Positions 50,780-61,905 of a stretch of DNA of 64,000 nucleotides are shown here, in pieces (the first letter of the stretch is position 1; each line of letters starts with the position of its first letter). A program made the translations under genes and the position numbers. The stretch comes from Lama guanicoe (Eukaryota). The DNA lies in NCBI GenBank assembly GCA_013239625.1, contig MU053934.1:7335352-7399351 (forward strand), read 5' to 3'. The notes beneath the pieces are model-generated. The model saw nothing but the letters and a program-made list of their open reading frames with translations. It made no database searches and was not told the origin of the DNA.

Positions 50780-51620
50780 TTTTTAAAAAAAACATAAGGC
50801 AGTGAAATTCACATAAAATATAACCAATTTCAAGTGTATAATTCAGTGGTATCTGTTGTATTCATCACCTTGTACAACCACTAGCTCTAGTTTCAAAACT
50901 TTCCATCAGCCTATAAAATACGCCATGCCTACTAAGTAATCACTTCCCATTTCTCCTTCCCTCTAGCCCCAGGAATCTCTAATGTGTCATCCCCATGGAT
51001 TTATGTATTCTGGACATTTCATGTAAAAGGGATCACACAATATGTGGTTTTTGTGTCTGGCTTCAGCACGTTTTTGATCTTCATCCACGCCGCAACATGA
51101 GTTATTTCCTTTCTTTCTATTGCTGAATAATATTCCATCAGAGGACAGGCCACAACTTGTCTAACCATCCATCTGATTATAGGCATTTGGACTGTTTCCA
51201 TCTTTTGGCTCTTATGGATCATGCTGTTATAAGCACCTGTGTACAAGTTTTTCTGCGTGGCCACATGTTCTCATTTCTTAGGTGTAAACCTATGAGTAGC
51301 ACTGTTGGGTCACGAGGTAACTGTGTGTAACTTTTTGAGGAACCGCCCAGCTGTTTTCCACAATGGCTGCACCACTTTATATTTCATAAATGTGCAAGGC
51401 TCCTGTTTTTCCACATCTTCACCAATGCTTATTATTTTCCTTCTTTGCTTTGCTTCTTTAATTAAAGCCTGTTTGGTGGATGTGAACTGGTACCTCACTG
51501 TGGTTTTGATTTGCACTTCCCTCATGACTGGTGACGCTGCACATCTTCTCATGCGCTTACTGGCCCTTTATGTACCTTCTTTGGAGAAATGTCTATTCAA
51601 GTCCTTTGTCTGTATTTAAC
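50780..51620 (-). mobile_element. L1MB-like 3' fragment
   Basis: ORFs 51310-51552(-) (REVQIKTTVRYQFT...IGEDVEK...VQPLWK) and 51019-51264(-) resemble the L1 ORF2 C-terminus and 3'UTR. Confidence 0.85.
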
Positions 51621-52027
51621 TATAAGCAAAAACGTTTACCTGTTTTAACTACATGCAAAAATCTTAAGTGAAGTTGATATGGCTCAAGATGAAACATTGA
51701 TTTACTCTTTTTCATTTAGTGAGTATCTACTGAGCACCCACCACGTGACAGGTGCTGGAGGTATGTGTGGACTAAGCATGCACAGGAGCAGTGGGAGAGA
51801 CAGAGGAGCAAGATTTGACAAGACTACAAAAAGAAACAGTTCCCTGATGGACCCCCAGGCTTAAAGGAGAATCAGGAAGTCTGGCCCTCAGGTTCCAATG
51901 TCATCTCACCCATGTGCTCCCTTCTCTTTCACGCCTGAGTAGGTCCAGAATTACCTGTGGCACCTTGTCCTCAGTGCGCCCAGCAAGACAACACCCCATG
52001 CACAAAACCAAACCTCTTCCTGTGTAC

Positions 52028-52115
52028 CTTCACAAAATTCCATGGCTCCGGCAAACACTAGGGCTGCAAATTCTCCCACACTGAATCCAGCAGCAGCAAC
52101 ACAGTTCTCAATAAC
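52028..52115 (-). CDS. MCAT: MCAT exon 2 (catalytic Ser)
   Basis: Translates VIENCVAAAGFSVGEFAALVFAGAMEFCE(G) with the GxSxG motif GFSVG. Acceptor ctgcag|, donor G|GTACAC, 88 nt. Confidence 0.97.
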
Positions 52116-53249
52116 CTGCAGTGACAGACGCAGAACGTGAGGCCAAGTTCTCAAGGGATTTTAGCCCAGGGCTCTGCACTTCAGAGCTGATAGGGTATTC
52201 AGTGGTTCAGTGAGCTGGCCTGGTGCTCTAGCTACAAACAGACACACAGAAGTGGTCGTGACAATCACTGATTCAGCCCCTTTATTGGCAAGGCAAGTTA
52301 AAGGCTGGTGGACTCTATGGTAGGGCCGTGACTCTAACCCAGGACTGTAGATTCTCTCACTTCTGCCCTGGAGCTGCATCTCAGGCCAGTGGACACAGAA
52401 GGTGTCACAGAAATTAAGATCATGGCTTTCAGAGTCACTGGATTTGATTTTTAGCCTGAAAAAGTTCTCTAAGCTCTCTAAGCCTCAGTTACCTCCTCTG
52501 TGAAATGGGGAAAGAGCAGGACCGACCTCACAGGGCTGCTGAGAGTATTTCATGGAGAGAATATCTCTAAAGTGCTCAGCACAAACTTGGCCCAGTAGAA
52601 GCACTAGATGAATGTTATTATCACAATTCAACAGGACCACTTAAACTAATCCTTTAATATCTCTGAGTCTTCTTTTCTTATCCACAAAATAACAGTACTT
52701 ACCTCACAAAATTATTGTGAGGAAGAAACGGGGTAAAGTACTAACTTAACATGGACTGTTTTGATATTAAATATTAATAGCAATCATTTCACAACTTCAA
52801 GTGATATTTTTAGATATCATCTTCTCAATGATCCTTCCTTTAAGGATGAAGTTTAATCCTTCTAAAATCATTTAATAATTAATTAAATGAGTAAGGATCA
52901 TTTAAATTCTCAACCCGGCCGTCCATTCCGTAACCCCTTTCCCTGCTCTATTTTCCTTTCTGTAACACTGATCTTTAATACACTACGTAATTTACACAGT
53001 ATGTTCACACTCTATTATCTATCTCCCTGCCCTAACATGGCAGGGATCCTTGTTTTGTTCACGGCTGTATCCCCTGTTCCTACAACACTGCCTGGCCCAG
53101 ACGGGAACTCAGTGAGGATCTGCCCTAGAAGTCAGACATAAAGCAACACTCCGGCCTGGCAGGTGGGAGCCTTGGTGGGGCAACGGCCTGGCTGTAAGAG
53201 ATCGGACAGAACCCATCTTCCCTGACCTGCCACGGGCCTCAGGCCTCAC

Positions 53250-53687
53250 CGTGGGCTGCAGGTGGTTCAGTTTCTCGACGGCGGCCAATGAAGCCACGAA
53301 GACAGCGGGCTGGCAGTGCACCGTGCGGTCCAGGGCCTCCTGCGGCCCGTGCAAGCTCAGCTCCAGCAGGTCGTAGCCCAGCACGCGACTGGCGGCGGTG
53401 TAGAGCTCGCGGACGCGCGGGTAGCGGAGCAGACCGCGGCCCATGCCCACCACCTGGCTGCCCTGGCCCGGGAAGAGCAGCACGGAGCACTGGTTCGGCA
53501 ACCGCCGCGCCGCCACCTGCTGGGACCCTTCCTCCGCCGTGGTCGCATCTCGCAGCAGCTCCGCCACGTCCATCGCGCCCGTCGGGGGCAGCGGGAAGTT
53601 CGAGGCGCCGCGGCGGAAGCTCGCGCCCCGGCCCCAGGCACACGCAGCCCGCGCAGCCCGCGCAGCCCGCGCGACCCGGACGCTCAT
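53250..53687 (-). CDS. MCAT: MCAT exon 1 (presequence plus FPGQGSQ motif)
   Basis: ATG at 53687. Translates MSVRVARAARAARAACAW...SVLLFPGQGSQVVGMG...HCQPAVFVASLAAVEKLNHLQPT. Donor ACG|GTGAGG. Total CDS is 438+88+218+429=1173 nt, 390 aa. Confidence 0.97.
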
Positions 53688-53900
53688 GCTGAAGAACGGC
53701 CCCACGCGCGTTACCCGGGCGACGGAGGCCCGACTGCGGCCGCGCGGCGCGGCGCGGTCCCTGACGCACTTCCTGCCGGGTGGGCCGGGGCACCCTCAAG
53801 CGGGAAGAAAGGTTCCGCAATTACCGGTTCCGCCCCGGCTCCAGGACCCTTGGCTATGCGGTGGGGCCGAGAGTGACCCACGCGCTTATTTAAACCTCCG
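53688..53900 (-). promoter_or_regulatory. MCAT: MCAT 5'UTR and CpG promoter
   Basis: CpG-rich with an ETS-type CACTTCCTG (about 53768) and a GC box CCGCCCC (about 53830). Confidence 0.7.
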
Positions 53901-54119
53901 CAGGAAAGAATAAAACACGACATCGGACCACAGTGAGCCCTCAGAAATATTTACTGAGTAATCAACTCAACACAATGTAATATTCAACCTCGCATGGGAA
54001 AAGTGCGTGAAACGCTTCCACGTTCTTTCTTTAATTTGATTTTCCCAGCACTGTGCTCTCTTTAATGATTTCTATAAACCAGACACGGTGCCAGGCATAT
54101 AATAAGTATCCGATAAATA

Positions 54120-54301
54120 TTTTTTAAAACATTTTTTATTGAGTTACAGTTATTTTATAATGTTGTGTCAAATCCCAGTGTAAAGCACAATTTTTCAGTT
54201 ATACATGAACATAAATTCATTGTCACATTTTTTTTCGCTGTGAGCTACCACAAGATCTTGTATATATTTTCCTGTGCTATACAGTTTAATCTTGTTTATA
54301 T
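54120..54301 (-). mobile_element. Short 5'-truncated L1 3' end with TSD
   Basis: Same family as 1-91, flanked by the direct repeat GATAAATATTT (about 54112 and 54304). Confidence 0.75.
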
Positions 54302-54849
54302 CAGATAAATATTTAATTCCTCACAGCAACGCTATGATGAATGCTATTATTACTCTCAATTTACATATGAGTAGACCAGGCCTCAAAGATTGAGTGACAG
54401 GTAGTTAGTGATAAAAGGAGGATTGCAAATTGGAGTTATTTGGCTTCCCAGTGGTGGAGCAAGGCTGGGTCAGAGTCTTAATTCTGACTTCACCTGTAAC
54501 TGACCCCTTCCCCCCCCACCCCGACTCACCCCCGCTGCTCCTGTTTCACTTCCTGCCGCCTCTTTAAGGAGCCCAGGACACCCCCCCCACACACACCCCT
54601 TAGCATGAGAAAGATCTAGGTAGACTTACAGAAGCAAATCTACTTCAATGAGCTTGTCCTGAGAAACTAATCGGATGAGCAAAGACCTAGCTGTCAGGAC
54701 ATCCTTGGCAGCCTTGCTTTTGACATAAAAAAGGTGGAAATAAGGTGCATATACAACTAGAGGAAATTAGTTAGATGAATGATGGTAAATCTACACAACG
54801 CTGTGGCCATGAAATATATGGAGGCGATTTTCAGGTTAAGGCATGAACA

Positions 54850-56480
54850 GAGCACACACTGCCTCCAGAAGCCTGTACACCCACAAAAAGAATCTTAAAG
54901 ACATAAACCACAAGGACAGGGAGAACAGAAAAGGGGGCCCTAGCAGCAGAATCTCTTGAAGCTGGAAAGCGAGATGAGCAGTATTACCTGATTTAGCAGA
55001 CTCCAGACGGCTGAATTCCTCCTGACAGTGGGGAAAGTGGAGAACCAACCTTTATTTATGTAACAGAATCCTCAAAACCTTAGTAACTGACAGCACTAGC
55101 TGTTTCTGCATCTAAGGGTTTAAAAAAGGCTAAAATAAAGAGGACTTTTTGAAGATGTCTTTGAAGAAGGGTTAGATCTTTAGATCTCTTTCCTCTCTCT
55201 AACCACTGGGTGACACCCCTTCCTCATTCTGGCAAGTTCTTAGTTCTGGAAAGTGCTGGGCAGACCAGGGGCATTGGTGGATGTGGGTACTCTGCTGGAA
55301 CAGGTGGCTACTGAATGCTGAATGCAGAGACCTCCTCCTGTGCTCCCCGCACTGAGCTCCCAGAAGCTCAGAACAAGACCCCTATCCTCCAGTCAACAAC
55401 TAGAGGGCCTTGAGGAATCTGATCAGTTTTGTCTTTAGAATTTTCTGAAATTATAAACATATTGACAGTTCAGGAAGTTACCAAACAAATCGCCACAAAT
55501 ACCATCCACAGTCTTATTTTCCTTCTCTCTTCTAATCATGAGCAGCCAGCCAAAGAGTCCCATGCATCTGAGAAAAGCCTCTTACATACAGAAAAAAATA
55601 AAATAACAACAATGCATAGAACTCAGAGACTATGATGAGAGAAGAAAATAATTGTTTTAAGTAAACTATCCTTGATAGTTGAGAGGTAAGAGAAGACATC
55701 GCTTTGGTGAAAAATGAACAGGAAGTTATAGGTTTTTTTTTTTAAAGAACATTCAGAAACAAAATAATAATCCCTTGGAAATAAAAAATAGGATAGAATT
55801 TTTAAAAATCAGTAGAAGGCCAGGGAAAGAAGGTCGAGGAAACTTCACAGAAGGTAAAAAAAAAAAAAGAGCAAAACATGAGAAGAAGGAGAGAAAAGGA
55901 AGTTGGAAGTCCAGGATTCTGAGTAATGTGCATCCAGAAAGAGAAGTGAGAAAATGAGGGGAAGGAAATCATCCCTCCCAAAAATTCAATTTCTGAAAAA
56001 TAAAGGATATGAGTTTCGCATACGAAAGGATCTGCTGAGCACTGATACAATGAATGAAATTAGACTCACATAGAGGAATATCAACATGGAATTCCAGAAC
56101 TCTGGGGATAAAAATCTTAAAATCTTCCACGAAGAACAAAATAGATTGCATGCAAAGGCTCAGAACACAGAATGGCTTCAGCCTGCTCAGCAGCACCATG
56201 GTTGCTGGAAGATGGCCTGTCTTCATGTTGCGGAAGGACAGATCTCTAACTTTGAACTCTTACTCTGTCAAGCATCAATCAGCCACAGAATTAGAATGCA
56301 ACAGTTGAGAAAAGCTACCTCCTCTTGAGAAAGACTGCATGCTGGAGGATGAGCCCATCACAAACACTAAGAAAGGCAGAGATTTGTCATCCAGGAAATG
56401 AGGACCAGCCAGTGGAGGGGTCAAGGCCACCCCCAGGATGACGTGTGCACTGGGCCTTCGAGCAGCTGGTACACCAGAGA
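54850..56480 (+). mobile_element. Ancient L1M 5'/ORF1-like remnant
   Basis: A-rich, with decayed ORF1-like text ('atggaattccagaactctggggataaa', 'agaatggcttcagcc'). Confidence 0.45.
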
Positions 56481-57570
56481 TGCACTGAGGGCTGCCATCA
56501 CCAAGATGCCGACTGCCAGTGTCCTGCCTGTTTCAGAACAGAATATCCAGTGAGCCTGGCCTAGAATCTCCACCACACCTGGTGGTCTTAATCACAGGCT
56601 GATGTGACCTCAGCAGAGGACGTTGCTCTACCTCCCAGAAGTGTCCACCCCATTCTCCTGAGATCTGAACACAGGTGCGGTGAGCTCAGAAGCAGGAAGA
56701 CAGCCCACGCCTCTATTTCCTGTTGAATGTCTTTGGCACAGTCCTGCCAGACGTGCCAACAGGGGAACTGCACCCCTGGCCTTGGCCTCCGGCTGCACCC
56801 AAAGGGACTCCTGTAAAAGCTCAGGGAGGCTGAGGCCAGTCTGTGCCCCAGAGAATCAGTTCAGTTTTACCTTCCCAAGGGTCTTCCTCTGGTCTGGCCA
56901 CCATGCTCACGTTCTTTAGCCAGCTGTGTGCTGTCCCTCTGCTGTTCAGAGTGAATCAATATAGCACTCAGGGACACATACCTAAGGGTATTAATAAAAC
57001 TCTAAAGGAAGGCGAGGGCATGCTTAACCCAAAATTCAAGATAGAGGTGAGCTCTGGAGTGGCAGAAGGAATCCCAGGAGAGAGTGCCAGGAGGCTGGTA
57101 GGGCCCTGATCATCTTCTCATTAACTTGAGGGGTGGACACAGAGGCATCTTCTTCTTATTTTAAAGTGTATACAAGTGTTTTATACACATTTCTGTTCGT
57201 ATGGAGCATTTCACAATTAAAAAAATATAGACAAGTGTTTGATCATGTAGAAAGAAGTTTCTGGTTCATTGTAAGGGGAAGAAAACAAATTACAAAACCA
57301 CTGATTGCATGAAGGCATTCCTGTAAAGGAACGGGTGCATATGCTTAGAAAAAGGTGTAGAAAAACTCACAAAGTGTTGACCGTGCTTTGCCCTAGGTAA
57401 TGGGAAAGTGGGTGACTTTTTTTTTCTTTTTTGTATTTTCCATACTTTATAAAAAAAATAGGAACTACTCCTGTAAGAAAGTAAACAAATAAAATATAAG
57501 GAAATACAGTACTCGAGTTACACTTAGAACTGAGAAGGTGAAAGACACAATGGTTAAGAATGCAGGGTGT

Positions 57571-57795
57571 AGGGGAAGGGGAACAGCTCAGTGGTAGAGG
57601 AGGTCCTAGGTTCAATCTTGAGTACCTCTGTTAAAAAAAAAAGTTCAGGGGAGTAAGGTAGAGCTCAGTGGTAAAGTGCTTGCCTAGCATGCAGGAGGTC
57701 CTGGGTTCAATCCCCAGTTCCACCATTAAAACAAATAAATAAAACTAATTATCTCCCCCTACCAAAACTAACTAACTAACTAACTAACTAAAAAA
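57571..57795 (+). mobile_element. Two tandem Vic-1-like SINEs (first internally deleted) with a (CTAA)n tail
   Basis: 'ggggaaggggaacagctcagtggtagag-gaggtcctaggttcaatc' then 'gtagagctcagtggtaaagtgcttgcctagcatgcaggaggtcctgggttcaatccccag'. Confidence 0.85.
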
Positions 57796-58530
57796 TTCAG
57801 GCCATGGACTGCTTGGGTGTGAATCCTGATCCCAACACTGGTGAGCTGTGTGACTTTGGGGATGTCCCTTCACCTCTCTGAGCATCCTCTGAAGATTGGC
57901 AGGGTGTTTTCGATGCGTCCATCCTGGATAGACTGATGTCGGGGCTGGGTTTGCTTGTGTTGTACTCTCCAGGGTTCAGCCCACAGCTGGGCACCGTGCA
58001 GTGCTCAGGGTATATGTCCTTACAGGTTGGCACATGCCAAATGCCCAAGAGAGGCTCCAGTACTCAGTGCTGTGAAGTTCAGAGGTCACTGCCTGCTGAA
58101 AGTGGGGGTAGCGCAAAGTTGGGGTTCTGGGAAAGCTTCCTGGGGTGGCACTGGAGAGCAGTCAGACTTGGACAAGTGGAGTTGCCTGAGGTGGGGGTGA
58201 AAGATCCTCTGTGCAGGGGGAACCATGTGTGCAAAGATACAGAGGTAGAAAAAGTTCAGGTAGTCAGATCCTTGAGTGCCAGGTAAAAGGCTTGGACTTG
58301 ATTCTAAGGCAGGGGGAGCTGCAGAGGGTCCTGAGCAGAGGAGGGGCGTGGAAGGAACAAGACGGGAGCTGGGGACCAGCTAAGGGGCTGTGGCTGCTGC
58401 CTAAGCTCAGGCGAGGTCTGTGGGGTTGGGCAGGAGGGAGGCACAAGTAACAGGAGGCTTCCAGGCTCCAGGCACACCAGAGGGGACATCCACATCTGCG
58501 TCTAGACCTGCAGCAGAATCACTCCAGCAG

Positions 58531-58639
58531 CAGGTGGGAATCTGGTCCAGGTGAAAGCTCCTGGGGTTCCCAGGGATGGCATTTTGGTGCTCTTGGAAGT
58601 GCCACAGCAAAGAGCTCAGGTGCAGGCAGGGTCCCCTGA
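58531..58639 (-). repeat. Right arm of the 109-bp inverted duplication (partner 47972-48080)
   Basis: The ORF track shows the same peptide (LWHFQEHQ.AIPGNPRS.HLDQIPTC) at 47953(+) and 58407(-). Confidence 0.92.
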
Positions 58640-59609
58640 ACTACAGGGTCTCATCTGTGGGCCTACTGATGCAGCAAGAATTTGGAGACGGAAATCTCTG
58701 CCTCCCTGGAAGCCCCGGTGGGCCTAGAGCCCTGCATGCAGTAAGGGAGAGGCTGGAGGGAAGTCGCATTGCCTCCTCCCCATGGGGCTTCCGGAGGTGG
58801 CCAGTTTGCCACTCTGCCAAGCCACTGGGCACCTCCTTACAGGAAGAGGGTAAGGGCTGGCAGCCCTCCGGAGGCGTGGCCAGACCGACCTCATTAGGAA
58901 CGGCAGCCACAGGGCCTGGGGCCACGATACTTTGAGGGATCCAGGAAAAATCAGAAGAAAAAGATGAATAAAACCCAGCCTGGGTTATACTTGTCTTTAT
59001 ACCAACACAAAGGTGGAAGGGACCCATGGATGCAAAAATGCCAGAGGCCAGAGGAGCAGGCACAGTTCACCTTCGGCCCCCTAGAACCAGTTTGGGCAAT
59101 TGTAGTTCCTGCAGGCTGAGGGCCCTGGAAGGCCAAGTTAGCCAAGGGGACAGGAACAGGCTCTGGGCTGCAGTAATAAAGCAGCAGGTGCAGATGTGGA
59201 GGTGAGGTGCTCAAGGCCTGGGGTTGGACATGCTGTTCCATTAGGGTGACCCTGGCAAACTGGAGGCCACCTCTGGGCTGTGATGACCACTGAGTGACAA
59301 GTGTCTATAGCATCCTTCATTTCAATGGGGCATCCTCATTAGTCTCACAATATTGTGCCCATTTTACAGATGAGGAGATGGAAACAGAGAGAACCGCCAC
59401 AAAGTGGCTGAGCCAGGACCCAGAGTGCAGCGCTGCCTCCTGCCCCAGGGCAACAGCTAAAGGCACTAGGTTGCTCCTCCGGAGATGGGGATCCAGGGCT
59501 GTCGTGTAGGAGGATGTTCCTGGCTCTGCCATCAGGCGACGTGATTCCCCTCTCTGAGAGCGGTCTCTGCCGCTCCATTTTACAGATGGAAAAAGTGAGG
59601 CACAGGAAG

Positions 59610-60250
59610 AGACGCGACCCTGCGGACCCGCAGCTGGGAGGCAGTGTGGCCAGCTCAGCACCGGCTGGGCCTGCCCGGCACGGCGGTCACCGTGGGAAGG
59701 AGAAGCGGCCGGGAGACCCGCTTGCGCCCCGGGAGGCAGAGGCGCGTCTCGCTCGCGGGGAGTGAGCGCCCCGACCCGCGGGGCTGTGGGCGGGCCTGCC
59801 CTGGGCTTCCAGCCGAGCTGGGCGGGGCCGGACGCGCAGCGCTCTTCCCGGAGCGAGTCCTCGTCGCTGGTGAGTGAGGACCTGGCGCCGAGGGGACGGC
59901 GGGAAGGGGGCTCCGCGCGGGAGCGACCTCCGATACCGCCCGCACGCCCGCCGGCGCGGGGCCCAGGGGAAACTGCCGCAGGAGGTGGCGGGGACCCGAG
60001 CGGGCGGCCTCCAGGCAGCACTAAGGGCTTGGATACCGGGTCAGCTGGCGGGGGCGGCGGTGAGCCATGTCCTGGCCTCCGCGATCGGCGCTCCGGAAGG
60101 GGGCTCGGAAGGGGGATCTTGAGCACCCCCTTCCCGCCGCACCCCGCTGGGCCGCCGTGGTCCCGGGGAAGCCCAACCGCGGGACGGGCCAGACACCCCA
60201 TTTCCCGCCCATTCCGAGGCCAGGAGAGGGCGGGAGTGCCTGAGCGGGTA
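59610..60250 (+). promoter_or_regulatory. TSPO: TSPO CpG-island promoter
   Basis: CpG-dense with GC boxes (GGGCGGG at about 59788 and 59820). Divergent from MCAT, as expected from synteny. Confidence 0.75.
59800..59869 (+). other. TSPO: TSPO non-coding exon 1 (start approximate; coding exons lie right of the window)
   Basis: '...CTTCCCGGAGCGAGTCCTCGTCGCTG|GTGAGT' resembles the recalled end of human TSPO exon 1. Strong donor at 59870, and synteny supports it. Confidence 0.7.
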
Positions 60251-60529
60251 CTTTGAGGATCACAAAATTACTGGGAGACCTCTGGCTCCTGATCCAGGTG
60301 AGACGCCCTGATTCTTGGGGAGGAAACCTAGGCCAGATAGGGGAGATTATTTGCCCAAACCCAGTTCAGGCCCTGTGGGGCCTTAGAACCGGGTCCCTAG
60401 ATCCCCGTCCAGTGCTCAGGTGCACTGTGGCCCCCACGGGGGGCCTTGTGAACAGAGCATCCCCTGGGGCTTGCCTGTCTCCTGCCCCTCCTGCAAAGGG
60501 GCTGAGAGCCCAGGTGGGAGGGGCCACAG

Positions 60530-61211
60530 TGTTACCGGAAAACTGGGTTCACTTCTTGATGGGTGTCAAACCAAAAGACAGAGCCAAGCTAAAGATCAGG
60601 AGAACAAGGTTTTATTATTACTTGCAGCAAGTAAGCAGAACACTGTGGATCTTTCCCAAAGCAGTGTCTCCTTGAACAGCAAAGTTGGGGAACTTTTAAA
60701 CTAAGGGTACGTGCATATTCGTGAAGGGGTTAGGTTGGTGTATGCGTATTCATGAAGGGGCTCAAGCAGAGGAGAATTCAGCATAGAATTTAGGCAAAAT
60801 TCTACAGAGTCCAAGCTTTAGTTGACTGAAGTCACAAGGGTCAGCAAAGGTCGCCATCATGTCCCTAGGGTTCCAGTTGATCTGGTGGTTGAGCACTCGA
60901 GGAGGCTTTACATTCTGCAAGACAGCCCAGGAACGTGCTCCAGGCTAATCTTTACCTTTGAAACAGAGCTGGGAGTCTGTACAACTGATTTACTGTCTTT
61001 GCTACTGTTGCTTCTCCTGCCTGATAACAGTCATTTGTTCCTGCATTCTTTTGTCTCCTTAATAACATTATTACTAAGACCTGTTGGAGGGCAAGCAGTG
61101 TGGCCAGGCTTAGATCACAAAATAACTTGGGCCAAAAATGACTTCTCTTCTGTCAGGAAAGACAAGTCTGTTTCTCTTTCTCAGGGGGACTCTCTACCCT
61201 GTCTGCTTACA
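60530..61211 (-). mobile_element. Probable ERV solo LTR, antisense in TSPO intron 1
   Basis: About 680-bp AT-richer block with TG...CA termini (TGTTAC...CTTACA), sharp compositional edges, and a minus-strand AATAAA about 80 nt from the 3' end (TTTATT about 60611). No clean TSD seen. Confidence 0.6.
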
Positions 61212-61862
61212 GTGGACGTTCCAGCTGTGAATACCCTGCTGAGTGCTGGAGTCAGCCTCCCAGATGCCCGTGGCCTGGCCTGGGTTGGGAGCCTCTGTGG
61301 CTGGCCTGCTGGGGCATGGTGGTACCTGGTACCAGCCACATGCTCTAGAATGGACGGCAGGAGGGACAGGACTTGAGCTTCCCCTAGGGATGTGTGACTG
61401 AGTCTGTTCCAAAAGGGTCATAGGGAGAGAGGATGTCAGTGGAGGCCCTGTACAAGGAGCTCCGCCCAGGGTGCTTGGCACATAGCAGGCCTGCTGCCAA
61501 AAGGCCGAGTCACCAGGATGTGGGCCCAGGCCCTGGTGTCTCTGTGGTGGAGTGGGGACCCACACAGAGGGTAGCAGGGGGTAAGTGTCCACTCCCAGGG
61601 AGCAGTAGCACTGGTCCACTGGTCGGGAAAGGAGCCAAAGGGCAAGGGAGGGAAGGTAGCAAGACTCCTGGGGCAGCAGGGAGATGGGCTGCTGCTTTCT
61701 CAGTCTCCAGTGGCTGCTCAGCACCCTGGAGTGCTCTGAATTGGGTGGGAACGAAGCTCACCCAGGAAAACTTGCCCAGGGTCACAGGGCAGTGGAGCTG
61801 GGGTTCGAACACTACCAAAGCCCTGCTTTCTCCACTGCGCCTAGAGGCCACTTTCTCTGCCT

Positions 61863-61863
<1 letters not shown>

Positions 61864-61903
<40 letters not shown>
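61864..61903. repeat. (GT)20 microsatellite
   Basis: Perfect dinucleotide run. Confidence 0.95.

Positions 61904-61905
<2 letters not shown>

Noticed and set aside
53688..53705. N-terminal extension of MCAT from the ORF track (MGPFFS)
   Set aside because: It starts at GTG. The ATG at 53687 has a purine at -3 and matches the known MSVRVAR start.
59317..60256. 294-aa and 164-aa ORFs at the TSPO promoter
   Set aside because: CpG-island artefacts partly running into MIR-like sequence; no homology to the TSPO protein.
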